Assembly: GCA_017857705.1 (NCBI GenBank)
Contig: JAFMCP010000001.1
Span: 19,773 to 83,772, forward strand
DNA: 64,000 nucleotides
DNA from: Candidatus Nanopelagicales bacterium
GTDB lineage: Bacteria > Actinomycetota > Actinomycetes > S36-B12
Direction of reading: 5' to 3'
The notes under the pieces: model-generated
What the model was told of the DNA's origin: nothing
What the model saw: only the letters and a program-made list of their open reading frames with translations
Database searches by the model: none
In this document: positions 11,018 to 19,825 of the stretch, one piece after another
How positions within the stretch are numbered: position 1 is the first letter of the stretch
Layout: every line of letters starts with the position of its first letter
Made by a program: the position numbers and the translations under genes

Positions 11018-11833
11018 CTAGAACACCGGCCACGGAATTGAAGGCCAATCATCGCTGGGTCTAGGAAATGATTCGGTTTCCAGCAGTCCCTGGATTCTTT
11101 GGCGCAACTCACGTGATTCGGCGCGAGATAAAAATGTGTCGATCTGGTCATGGTAATCTCCAAGGGTCCCTTGCAATTGCCGAAGGCTTGTCAAATGGGG
11201 CTCCCAAATTGGTTTGTCTACCCAACCCCAAAGGACAGTGCGCAATTTCGGCTCTTCATTGAAACACACACCATGATCAATCGCGAAGATCCGACCGTTC
11301 TCATCTGCCAGAATATGCCCGGCCTTGCGATCCGCATTGTTCACAATCGCATCAAACAAGGCCATCCGCATGAGAGCTTCGTTGTCCTCATGAGCCAGTG
11401 TCACTGGTCTTCCTGTTTGATCGACTGCATCTAAAATTGAGAGCCATCCTGTCGGAACTCGATCGGTTTCAAAGATATTTACGGGGCGAAGTTCGTCAAT
11501 TTCTTCAATCCATTTCTGCACCATGCCTGGACCCACCGGCCCATCGGAAATCCAGCGAGTTGGTGGGACCAAATTCCAATCCAACATCACATCAAGATTT
11601 GCCGCCGCTACTTCGCGTCCGGATAGTGTGTTGTCAGGGAAATCCCACAGCGGACGCTCACCCGCGATTGGTTTGTACACGAAAAGGGATTCTGATGAGT
11701 CCTTGCATAAAAGTGAACCGTTACTTGCACCGCGCAACTGCCCAATGGGTTCAAGGGTTCCCTTGAAAATCGAATTAGATATCTCGCCGCTTGTACCCAT
11801 TGGCCCTCGGACAAATGTGACCCTCTGAATCAA
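11018..11833 (-). CDS. SCO1664-family protein (PI3/PI4-kinase-like fold, function unknown)
   Basis: 271-aa ORF with the kinase-like catalytic motifs NNADRKAGHIL and IDHGVCF. The start may be the internal ATG at 11800 (MGTSGEI). Confidence 0.7.
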   Translation of the reverse strand: MIQRVTFVRGPMGTSGEISNSIFKGTLEPIGQLRGASNGSLLCKDSSESLFVYKPIAGERPLWDFPDNTLSGREVAAANLDVMLDWNLVPPTRWISDGPVGPGMVQKWIEEIDELRPVNIFETDRVPTGWLSILDAVDQTGRPVTLAHEDNEALMRMALFDAIVNNADRKAGHILADENGRIFAIDHGVCFNEEPKLRTVLWGWVDKPIWEPHLTSLRQLQGTLGDYHDQIDTFLSRAESRELRQRIQGLLETESFPRPSDDWPSIPWPVF

Positions 11834-12389
11834 GAGGCTGTTGGCAGAAGGGACAAGGTGGGCGTCCAGATTCCGCTACTCGATGGGTTCGATCAGCAAA
11901 TGCGCGGGCATACGGCGCACTAAGCCAAACACGAAGTGTGTCGGGTCCTTCATCTCCGTCTTCACCTAGTTCAGGTACTTGATCACTCTCTTCAGCGATT
12001 GCGTGCGCTTCAATGACAACGCAGGAACTCCCTTCATCCCAACCTAAAGCCATAGCTCCCACGCGGAATTCCTCAAGGAGGGGCATATCTAAGGGCTCCG
12101 CGTCCAAAAGTTCATGTGGTGCACTTTCTGGAACGACGCCACCGGGATCCCGACTGATTCGCACTTCATCGAGTAAATCATTGATTCTTTCTGCGAGGAC
12201 CATTGCTTGTTGTTTCTCAAAAGCTACCGCAGTAAGGGCGCCTGCAGATTTCGCCTGCAAATAAAAAGTTCGCTCCCCCGGCATGCCTACAGTCCCAACG
12301 ACAAAGCGTTCAGGTAAACGATATTCAATGATTCGCCTAGTCACCGGATCCACCACCCACCGGTGCATCACTTTTTGTTTTGTGGGCAA
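11775..12389 (-). CDS. DUF3090 domain-containing protein
   Basis: 204-aa ORF with PERFVVGTVGMPGERTFYLQA near the N-terminus and the C-terminal cysteine motif CPFCQQPLD...HICPRANG. The likely start is a few codons internal (MHRWVV, 12368). Confidence 0.65.
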   Translation of the reverse strand: MPTKQKVMHRWVVDPVTRRIIEYRLPERFVVGTVGMPGERTFYLQAKSAGALTAVAFEKQQAMVLAERINDLLDEVRISRDPGGVVPESAPHELLDAEPLDMPLLEEFRVGAMALGWDEGSSCVVIEAHAIAEESDQVPELGEDGDEGPDTLRVWLSAPYARAFADRTHRVAESGRPPCPFCQQPLDSEGHICPRANGYKRRDI

Positions 12390-13032
12390 CCCTCACGTGC
12401 CGGCGGACATCTGAGCCGTTGCCATTAATGCTCAAAACGAAAGGCCTGGAGGGTGTGTAATTGACGACACTGACCGAGCATGGGTCAGCCCCTATTCTTT
12501 GAAACAGGTCAAGGTGCATTCCGAGTGCGTCAGCAATAATGGCTTTGATGACGTCTCCGTGGGAGACGGCTACATAAACGGCATCAGGTCCCAAAAGGTC
12601 ATTCCATCGCCGGATAGCTCCCACGGCTCTCTGGGCCATATTTGCCATTGATTCTCCGTCGGTACCAGGGAAAACGACAGATGCAGGGTGGTCTTGGACG
12701 GCTCGCCACATTTCCTCCTGCGCAAGTTCAGCCAAACTACGACCAGTCCAATCACCGTACTCACACTCGGCGAGTGCTGGTTCACTGGAAATTTCCAATG
12801 CGGTACCAGAATTATTTACAAGGGATGTCGCAAGAAACTCAGCTGTTTGCATCGTGCGTTCCAAGGGAGACGCGATAATGGCAGAAACTTCATAGCCCGC
12901 CAAAATTTCGGCCAATGCCTGTGCCTGCTCGATTCCTCGGCTGTCGAGAACCGTCCCAGGAGCAGATCCTGCCAATATTCCCGCCTCATTGGCACTTGTC
13001 CGCCCATGACGAACTAACAGAACCGTGGCCAT
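12337..13032 (-). CDS. Histidine-phosphatase superfamily protein (MSMEG_4193-type putative phosphomutase)
   Basis: The RHG motif LVRHGRTSANE follows directly after the ATG at 13032 (MATVLLVRHGRT). The track start at 13131 abuts corA with zero spacer and adds non-conserved residues. Confidence 0.75.
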   Translation of the reverse strand: MATVLLVRHGRTSANEAGILAGSAPGTVLDSRGIEQAQALAEILAGYEVSAIIASPLERTMQTAEFLATSLVNNSGTALEISSEPALAECEYGDWTGRSLAELAQEEMWRAVQDHPASVVFPGTDGESMANMAQRAVGAIRRWNDLLGPDAVYVAVSHGDVIKAIIADALGMHLDLFQRIGADPCSVSVVNYTPSRPFVLSINGNGSDVRRHVRVAHKTKSDAPVGGGSGD

Positions 13033-13131
13033 GTCCCCTAACGTAGTGCCGAGAGCATTTTTGGGGTCATTTATTGTTGAGGTGTTCGCGTGGGGCAGAA
13101 AGAGAACGCCTTTGACTGACACAATGCGCAC

Positions 13132-14166
13132 ATGATTCGGCGTATGGGACGGTACTCAGCAGATGGCCAGTTTGAGCATCAGCACAAAGAACCGATCGAC
13201 CTAGTCAGTGACGACGATGCCACAGCACACGATGCTCGAGCGGCAATTTCACAACTTATCTCTCACGTTAAGGCAGATCCAGGCTCATTTGTCTGGCTGG
13301 GGTTAGTTGCCCCTACCCAATCAGAGCTCCGCCTGGTGACAGAACTTTTTGGCCTTGAACCACTTGACGTTGAAGACGCTGCAAATGTGGCCCAAAGAGC
13401 CAAGTTTGACCTCAGTGAGGGTGAGGGATTTGCACTATTCAAGACCTTGTCCTATGACGCCAACAGCAAAGAGGTAACAACGGGTCAAACGTCGGTTTTC
13501 GTTGGTGAGTGGTTCGCCATAACTGTCCGATTTGGTGCTGCAGGTGACCTCACAAACGTGCGTGAGCGAATGTCCCATAGTGAACGACTGAGAACTCATG
13601 GACCCCTGGCTGTTCTGTATGCAGTCATGGACATCACGGTTGACTCGTATCTTGCCGTTGCCGAAGAAGTCCATGAGGATATGCGTGAAATCGAGCAAGA
13701 TGTTTTTTCTATGAAACCAACGGCGCAAACCACGAAAAATATTTACCAACTCAAACGTGAAAACATCGCAGTGAGTCAGTCCGTGTCACCTCTCGTCAAT
13801 GCTGCGCAGAAATTTGCCAATGAGACGGATGAATCTATTCCAAAACAATTAGAACCGTTTTTCGCTGACATTGGCGAACATATTCTTCGCGTGGATGACA
13901 TCGTTGAGAGTACCGATAATGCGTTACTGACGATGCTGATGGCGTCAACCGCGCTCCAAGATTTGAACCAAAACACCGATATGCGCAAAATTTCAGCATG
14001 GGTAGCGATTGCTGCTGTTCCTACCTTGACTGCGGGAATCTTTGGGATGAATTTCGAAAACATGCCGGAACTGAGATCCGACTTTGGATATCCAATTGTT
14101 TTGATTTTCATGGCAGTAACCTGCGGCTTACTGTTTCGTGGGTTCAAGAAAAGTGGCTGGCTCTAA
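13132..14166 (+). CDS. corA: Magnesium/cobalt transporter CorA
   Basis: 344-aa ORF with the signature GMN motif (FGMNFENMP) between two C-terminal TM helices. The ATG at 13144 is an alternative start. Confidence 0.9.
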   Translation: MIRRMGRYSADGQFEHQHKEPIDLVSDDDATAHDARAAISQLISHVKADPGSFVWLGLVAPTQSELRLVTELFGLEPLDVEDAANVAQRAKFDLSEGEGFALFKTLSYDANSKEVTTGQTSVFVGEWFAITVRFGAAGDLTNVRERMSHSERLRTHGPLAVLYAVMDITVDSYLAVAEEVHEDMREIEQDVFSMKPTAQTTKNIYQLKRENIAVSQSVSPLVNAAQKFANETDESIPKQLEPFFADIGEHILRVDDIVESTDNALLTMLMASTALQDLNQNTDMRKISAWVAIAAVPTLTAGIFGMNFENMPELRSDFGYPIVLIFMAVTCGLLFRGFKKSGWL

Positions 14167-14993
14167 ACACCTGAAGTTAGAGTTCCCGTCGAAAGCAACA
14201 CGAGCACTACAACTCCAAGAACAATCCTGTAAATCACAAATGGGGTGTATGTACGTGTGGTCAACCATCGCAGTAGCCAAGCTATTACGCCAAGACCAAC
14301 AAAAAAAGCAATTATTGTGGCAAGAATGGTTTGTCCCCACTCCGCGTTTTGTTGCTCAGAGATCTTTGTTGCTTCATAGAGTCCAGAACCCAGAACCGCT
14401 GGAATTGCCAGCAAGAATGCGTAGCGTGTTGCTGCGACTCGGTCGTAACCCAAAGCCAAACCCGTGGTAATCGTTGCACCTGAACGCGAAACTCCAGGAA
14501 TTAGCGCGAGCGCTTGACCAAAACCGAATGCCAAGGCATCGGGGAGTTTCAAACGATTAATTGATTTAATTTTTCGACCATAATAATCTGCAAGGCCCAA
14601 GATGATTCCAAAAATAATTAACATCGTGGCGACTAAGTACAGATTTCGGGCAGTGGTCTCAATTTGTCGGGAAAACGTAAAACCTAGAACTGCAACTGGA
14701 ATCGTACCTACTATCACGTACCAGCCCATTCGGGCATCAAGTTCCTTGCGCATTTCTGGGTTGGCCAATGATCTGAACCAAGTAGACACGATCCGTCTGA
14801 TGTCACGCCAAAAATACAGAATTACGGCCAGTTCGGTGCCAATTTGGCTCACCGCGGTGAATGCCGCCCCTGGATCAGACCACCCAAAAAACTGACTAAA
14901 AATAAGGAGGTGAGCGGACGACGATATGGGAAGGAATTCGGTCAAACCCTGAAGCGCACCTAAGACGATGGCTTCAAACCACGACATGTCCAT
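14163..14993 (-). CDS. uppP: Undecaprenyl-diphosphate phosphatase
   Basis: 276-aa polytopic membrane ORF with the BacA/UppP signatures LQGLTEFLPISSSAHL and PGVSRSGATI. Confidence 0.9.
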   Translation of the reverse strand: MDMSWFEAIVLGALQGLTEFLPISSSAHLLIFSQFFGWSDPGAAFTAVSQIGTELAVILYFWRDIRRIVSTWFRSLANPEMRKELDARMGWYVIVGTIPVAVLGFTFSRQIETTARNLYLVATMLIIFGIILGLADYYGRKIKSINRLKLPDALAFGFGQALALIPGVSRSGATITTGLALGYDRVAATRYAFLLAIPAVLGSGLYEATKISEQQNAEWGQTILATIIAFFVGLGVIAWLLRWLTTRTYTPFVIYRIVLGVVVLVLLSTGTLTSGV

Positions 14994-16063
14994 TAATCGC
15001 TGGTGTTCGCATCCAGATCACCCAGACCAGAACTCTTGAGAACTTCCTTCATCACGTGCAAGGTGCCAACACGCTCCTTCAAAGTTCCAGCAAATGAGGC
15101 CACGCTCAGATTCGTAACCCCAGCGCCGGCATATGCCGGCAGCCGCTTGGCAATTCGATCTGGCGGTCCAATCAGTGACGTTGCGTCAATAAATTCGATT
15201 GGGACAGCAGCAGCAGCGCCGGCATAATCCTTTGACATATAGCGCTCTTGAATTTCGATAGCAGCCTCTTCGTAACCCATCCGTGTGGCTAGTTGGTTGT
15301 AAAAGTTTTTATCTCGAGCACCCATACCGCCGATATAAAGAGCTGCATAGGGGCGCACGAAATTGGCGCATTCTTCAACACTGGTTCCCGGAACCACGGG
15401 CACCGTTGGTACAACGTCGAAGCCTGCCATTGTTTTCCCAGATTTTTCACGACCAGTAATAAGTGGCTTCATGAGTTCAGCTGCATGCTCGGGCGAGAAA
15501 AAGATAGCCAACCAACCGTCCGCTATCTCACCCGTGAGTTCAAGATTTTTGGGACCAATGGAGGCCAAGTAAATGGGAATGTTCTCTCGAACTGGGTGAA
15601 CCGTCAGGGTGAGAGCCTTACCCGGACCGTCAGGAAGGGGCAATGTGAAAAATTCACCATCGTATTTAACCCGTTGACGCGAGAGCGCCATCCGCACAAT
15701 GTCAACGTATTCACGCGTGCGTTGCAGGGGCTTTGTGAATCGGACACCGTGCCAGCCTTCGGAAACTTGTGGACCGGAAACACCAAGTCCAAGTCGAAAG
15801 CGACCACCGGACAGGGTGTCCAATGTTGCGGCCGTCATCGCGGTATTTGCTGGGGTTCTGCCCGGAATCTGGAAAATTGCGCTGCCCACGTCTATTTGTG
15901 TGGTTTGAGCCGCAATCCATGTCAGGACCGTGGCGGCATCTGAACCATATGCTTCTGCGGCCCACACGCACGAATAGCCCAGGCGGTCTGCCTCCCTGGC
16001 CACCTCCAAGTTATCTGCATCATTTCCGGCGCCCCAATATCCAAGGTTGACTGAGAGTTTCAT
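14993..16063 (-). CDS. LLM-class (luciferase-like) F420-dependent oxidoreductase
   Basis: 356-aa ORF with a TIM-barrel luciferase-like N-terminus (MKLSVNLGYWG...LGYSCVWAAEAYGSDA, GGRFRLGLGVSGPQV). Confidence 0.8.
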   Translation of the reverse strand: MKLSVNLGYWGAGNDADNLEVAREADRLGYSCVWAAEAYGSDAATVLTWIAAQTTQIDVGSAIFQIPGRTPANTAMTAATLDTLSGGRFRLGLGVSGPQVSEGWHGVRFTKPLQRTREYVDIVRMALSRQRVKYDGEFFTLPLPDGPGKALTLTVHPVRENIPIYLASIGPKNLELTGEIADGWLAIFFSPEHAAELMKPLITGREKSGKTMAGFDVVPTVPVVPGTSVEECANFVRPYAALYIGGMGARDKNFYNQLATRMGYEEAAIEIQERYMSKDYAGAAAAVPIEFIDATSLIGPPDRIAKRLPAYAGAGVTNLSVASFAGTLKERVGTLHVMKEVLKSSGLGDLDANTSD

Positions 16064-16122
16064 GGTGGCAGCCTACGGCCTGCGATCCCAACTTTTGCGC
16101 CATATGGGTCTACGGTTGTGCC

Positions 16123-17106
16123 ATGCAGCAACGGCCATTGGGTAATTCGGGTATTCGAGTTGGGCGATTGGCACTGGGCACTATGACCTGGGGCAGGACA
16201 ACAGATGAATATGAAGCCCGGGATCAGTTGGCAGCATTCCTCGATGCTGGCGGATCTCTCATTGACACGGCCGACGTTTATGGCGAAGGTGTCAGTGAAG
16301 AAATGCTGGGAACCCTCATTCAAGAATTCGAGTGCCGTGATTCAATTGTCTTAGCCACTAAGGCTGTCTCGCTACCAAATACCGAACGAAGATTCGATGC
16401 CAGCCGCAGACATCTCCTTGATGCTCTTGACCGCAGCCTTAAGCGATTAGACGTTGAACACATAGACCTGTGGCAAATGCATGCCTGGGATTCGCATACC
16501 CCTATTGAGGAGACGCTCTCTGCGATCGATTCGGCTATTGCTTCTGGCAAAGTTCGCTATGCGGGGGTTTCGAACTATTGCGGCTGGCAAACAGCGCGAG
16601 CTTGCACAATGCAGCAGGTCAAACCCAATTCAGTTCCATTGATTACAACCCAGATGGAGTACTCGCTCCTTGAGCGCGGAGTGGAAAGGGAAATTGTTCC
16701 TGCTGCCAAGTCACTGGGAATTGGAATCCTGCCCTGGTCTCCCTTAGGGAGAGGCGTTCTCACTGGGAAGTACCGCCATTCAATTCCCATCGACTCTCGT
16801 GGTGCATCCGCTGATACCAGCGCTTTTGTCAATGTCTATTCAGACGAACGAGCAAAAAGAATTGTCGATGCACTCGCAACTGCCGCTCAGGGTCTAGATG
16901 CCAGTCCGGCGGAAGTCGCACTTGCATGGTTGCGGGATCGCCCCGGTGTTATCGCTCCTATTCTGGGTGCTCGAACAAATGCACAGTTACTCATGGCGTT
17001 GGGTGCTGAGGAACTTGAACTACCTGAAGAAATAACTTCTGCACTCAATGACGTCTCTGAACCACATATGGGCTACCCCGAATCAGGTTGGGCACAACGC
17101 AGATGA
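16123..17106 (+). CDS. Aldo/keto reductase
   Basis: 327-aa ORF with AKR motifs (LGNSGIRVGRLALGTMTWG, IDTADVYG, RYAGVSNY). Confidence 0.85.
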   Translation: MQQRPLGNSGIRVGRLALGTMTWGRTTDEYEARDQLAAFLDAGGSLIDTADVYGEGVSEEMLGTLIQEFECRDSIVLATKAVSLPNTERRFDASRRHLLDALDRSLKRLDVEHIDLWQMHAWDSHTPIEETLSAIDSAIASGKVRYAGVSNYCGWQTARACTMQQVKPNSVPLITTQMEYSLLERGVEREIVPAAKSLGIGILPWSPLGRGVLTGKYRHSIPIDSRGASADTSAFVNVYSDERAKRIVDALATAAQGLDASPAEVALAWLRDRPGVIAPILGARTNAQLLMALGAEELELPEEITSALNDVSEPHMGYPESGWAQRR

Positions 17107-17309
17107 AGCGATCCTTCCGCGCCGAGCCAGTCTGGGAGTTTCGCGAAATAAGCTTCTCTCGAGACAGTGACCGAGAGGAAACCCGTCAACTACTCACTTT
17201 TAAGGCAGAACGGGGACGCTGGGAATTGGATCAGACGAGGATTTTTCGCGATGGTCGAAAGAAGGTGCGACTCCGCCGAAAGGTGTACCGGGTCGCAAGT
17301 TCCCTTTAA
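17088..17309 (+). CDS. Small conserved actinobacterial protein, DUF5703-like
   Basis: 73-aa ORF with the pattern WEFREISF...RQLLTFKAERGRWELDQTRIFRDGRKKVRLRRKVYRV, which I recall from the DUF5703 family. It overlaps the AKR 3' end by 19 nt. Confidence 0.5.
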   Translation: MGTTQMKRSFRAEPVWEFREISFSRDSDREETRQLLTFKAERGRWELDQTRIFRDGRKKVRLRRKVYRVASSL

Positions 17310-17335
17310 ATCGTGTCTCTTTTCAAAAAATATAA

Positions 17336-18745
17336 TTAAACCGAGCGCAGGAATCGGTCAAGAGTGCGGGCCCCGAACTGCAAACCATCAATTGGCACAC
17401 GCTCGTCAACCCCATGAAAAAGTCGCCAGTAGTCAAGGTCAGGTGGCATTCGCAGTGGGGAGAACCCGTAACAATCAATTTCTATTTTGCTGAGCGCTTT
17501 GGCATCAGTTCCACCCGAGATCATGTAGGGAACTGCTCGTGCACCCGGATCCTCGTGCCTCAAGACACTGGCCATTAAATCAAAAGTTGCGGTCTCAAAA
17601 GCAGATTCAATCGCGATGTCAGAACTTACTGACTCAACGTTGATGTGCTCTCCAACAAGCTCACGAATTGTTTGGTCAAATTCTCCTTCGAACCCTGGCA
17701 GTACCCGACCATCGATATACGCGGTAGCTTCAGAGGGAATCACATTCACTTTGTACCCCGCGCTAAGCATGGTCGGATTCGCCGTGTTTTGCAGCGTGGC
17801 GCCGACCAACAGTCCGAGTGTTCCTAACTTGGACACCAATTCGTCGGTATCGCTTCCGTCAATCTCAACCCCGTAAGCATCACTGAGTTCGGCGAGAAAT
17901 GCGTCCACCGTTCGTGTCCGACGAACAGGCCACTTGTGTTCGCCAATTCGCGTTACGATCCGCGCTAACTCGGTCACCGCGTTATCCGTGTGGATCATCG
18001 AGCCGTGGCCTGCGCGCGCTGCGGCGCGCAGGCGGAGCCATCGGATACCTTTCTCAGCCGTCTGAATCGGATACAAGCGCAGGTCGTCGCGAACAGAGAT
18101 TGAGAAGCCACCCACTTCACCGATTGCCTCTGTGGCTCCTTCAAAGAACTCGGGACGGTTTGCAACGACCCAGGAGGAGCCGTGATGCATGCCTGCTTCT
18201 TCGTCAGGAAAAAACGCAATGATCAAATCGCGGCGCGGTCTAATGCCTTCTTTAGCCCAATGACGCAACACCGCGAGGATCATGGCGTCCATATCTTTCA
18301 TGTCTACGGCGCCGCGACCCCAAATGAATCCGTCATGGATCTCCCCTCCAAAAGGTGGGTGAGTCCAATCGGCCGCAATAGCCGGCACCACGTCTAGGTG
18401 CCCGTGCACAACGAGGGCATCAGCACTTGAATCGGTCCCAGGAATTCTTAGGTGCACTCCCCTGCGTGAATCAGATGTCGTTGTATAAACCTGTGGGTCA
18501 TAACCGACTTCGCGCAGTCGCTGGGCGCAATACTCGGCGACCTCGGCCTCACCCTTTGTTTCAGGCGAATCACCCCAGTTACTTGAGTCAATTCTGATTA
18601 ATTCTTGGGTAAGAGTGACTACATCTGTTTCCATTGCAGATTTTGACCCTGCACTCAGTACGAATTCTTCCGATCCCTGACTCATACGTTGATCATGCCA
18701 CCTTAATGTCCGTCGAGGTGGAGACATGCAACTTGAGCCACACAT
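17336..18745 (-). CDS. M20/M25/M40-family metallopeptidase (dipeptidase-like)
   Basis: M20 motifs include HGHLDVVP and FFPDEEAGMHHGS. The N-terminus of the track ORF is probably over-extended. MSQGSEE at 18685 is a likelier start. Confidence 0.8.
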   Translation of the reverse strand: MCGSSCMSPPRRTLRWHDQRMSQGSEEFVLSAGSKSAMETDVVTLTQELIRIDSSNWGDSPETKGEAEVAEYCAQRLREVGYDPQVYTTTSDSRRGVHLRIPGTDSSADALVVHGHLDVVPAIAADWTHPPFGGEIHDGFIWGRGAVDMKDMDAMILAVLRHWAKEGIRPRRDLIIAFFPDEEAGMHHGSSWVVANRPEFFEGATEAIGEVGGFSISVRDDLRLYPIQTAEKGIRWLRLRAAARAGHGSMIHTDNAVTELARIVTRIGEHKWPVRRTRTVDAFLAELSDAYGVEIDGSDTDELVSKLGTLGLLVGATLQNTANPTMLSAGYKVNVIPSEATAYIDGRVLPGFEGEFDQTIRELVGEHINVESVSSDIAIESAFETATFDLMASVLRHEDPGARAVPYMISGGTDAKALSKIEIDCYGFSPLRMPPDLDYWRLFHGVDERVPIDGLQFGARTLDRFLRSV

Positions 18746-18854
18746 TCGGCAGGTTTCGGCATCGGCCAGACCGATATCTCTACTCGATTCAATCCGGATT
18801 CACTGGAAAAAAGGGCCTCTGTATAGTTACGCTTTGCCGCGCAAGCGGCACCCA

Positions 18855-18938
18855 GTCCGGGTGGCGGAATAGGTAGACGCGCTAGCTTGAGGTGCTAGTG
18901 CCCGAAAGGGTATGGGGGTTCAAGTCCCCCCTCGGACA
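18855..18938 (+). tRNA. tRNA-Leu (anticodon GAG)
   Basis: The cloverleaf was folded by hand. The acceptor stem is GTCCGGG/CTCGGAC with one G-T pair. The D arm is GCG..CGC. The anticodon stem CTAGC/GCTAG carries the loop TTGAGGT. There is a long variable arm TGCCCGAAAGGGTAT. The T arm is GGGGG-TTCAAGT-CCCCC and the discriminator is A. CCA is not encoded. Confidence 0.93.
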
Positions 18939-19094
18939 CTCCTGGTAGTTGCTTAATGCACACCACTTGCGCGGTTAACCTGCATTTCAAGCCCCGAAGT
19001 TTAGATGTTCATGACCGGTCAGGTTGAAGCTCACGGCCGGAAATCATCTCTAATAGTGACTTAGCGTTAGCGACGTCTACTAGAGGGGGACGCA

Positions 19095-19595
19095 ATGATG
19101 ATTCGTCAACGCTCGATTGCCGCTATCGCGACGCTGACACTAATTTTCACACCCGCGTTAACGGCGTGCGGTGAAGGTGCCGAACAGGCGGTTGAGCAGT
19201 TCGCAGAAAACGCTATCGGTGGTGACGTCGACATTGAAGAAGGCAACGTCAGTATCAAGGATGAGCAGGGAAACGAGATGGTGGTCGGTGCAGACATTGC
19301 ATTGCCGGAGAACTGGCCGCTGCCGGTTCCGCGCTCAGGAACCCTCGCCATGGCAACCGTTCAAACCGACGGGACGGCCTACGCAATGTGGGTTGTGGAC
19401 GGTCCGGCCGCGCAGGTGGCGGATGACTACGGTCAATTACTGATCGCCGAAGGGTATGCACTCAATCAAGAAACAAATCTCGACGGTGCGATCATGCGTG
19501 ACTATTCGGCTATGGGAATGTTCGTATCTGTCGTAGTTGGGGAGACGGAAGGCGAGACGACTATCGCCGTCACGGGCCTTCCTGAAATCGGTTAA
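19095..19595 (+). CDS. Putative lipoprotein, function unknown
   Basis: 166-aa ORF with a signal peptide ending in the lipobox LTAC. A GGGGGA Shine-Dalgarno-like sequence lies upstream. Confidence 0.6.
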   Translation: MMIRQRSIAAIATLTLIFTPALTACGEGAEQAVEQFAENAIGGDVDIEEGNVSIKDEQGNEMVVGADIALPENWPLPVPRSGTLAMATVQTDGTAYAMWVVDGPAAQVADDYGQLLIAEGYALNQETNLDGAIMRDYSAMGMFVSVVVGETEGETTIAVTGLPEIG

Positions 19596-19614
19596 CAGCG
19601 AAAGCCGACAATAT

Positions 19615-19791
19615 TTAACCCGTTTTTGCCCGAGCATCCCAGCCGGATACGACTCTTAACCATTCGGAACTGACTCTTTCTGGTGGGACAAGTGTCGAAA
19701 GTTCTCGATACAAATCTCTCAGCATATTTTTGTTGTCCTCGTGAAGGGCACTGTCCACACGCCGTTCCCAATCCACAAGTTCCCAAGCCAT
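19615..19791 (-). CDS. Possible small Trp-rich protein (58 aa), function unknown
   Basis: This is the internal ATG of the 113-aa track ORF, placed just downstream of the desaturase stop (MAWELVDWERRVDSALHEDNKNMLRDLYRELSTLVPPERVSSEWLRVVSGWDARAKTG). I recognise no family, so coding status is uncertain. Confidence 0.3.
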   Translation of the reverse strand: MAWELVDWERRVDSALHEDNKNMLRDLYRELSTLVPPERVSSEWLRVVSGWDARAKTG

Positions 19792-19825
19792 GGGGGATGT
19801 CCCCAGGCCAGTTGTCAACCGCTGT

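Noticed and set aside
13033-13143. A possible Mg2+ (M-box) riboswitch or other leader upstream of corA.
   Set aside because: After the start of the divergent phosphatase gene is trimmed, only ~100 nt are available. I see none of the extended M-box helices or conserved loops, so this looks like an ordinary divergent promoter region.
15293-15943. Long ORFs lying antisense to, or in alternative frames of, well-supported genes. Examples are 15293..15943 (216 aa), 26048..26572 (174 aa), 27916..28413 (165 aa), 44178..44681 (167 aa), 44664..45179 (171 aa), 56729..57265 (178 aa) and 63372..63869 (165 aa).
   Set aside because: Each is fully embedded in a gene with clear family motifs. Their products are low-complexity (R/S/P/A-rich) with no recognisable domains. 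Such shadow ORFs are expected where stop codons are depleted in the frames opposite strongly biased coding sequence.
18855-19614. tRNA-Leu as a possible integration hotspot, with a downstream lipoprotein gene as cargo.
   Set aside because: There is no integrase, excisionase or phage/ICE gene nearby. I found no direct repeat of the tRNA 3' end downstream. The only partial resemblance, GGTTCAAGCCC at ~60377, is 41 kb away and too short to count. The flanking genes are ordinary core genes.
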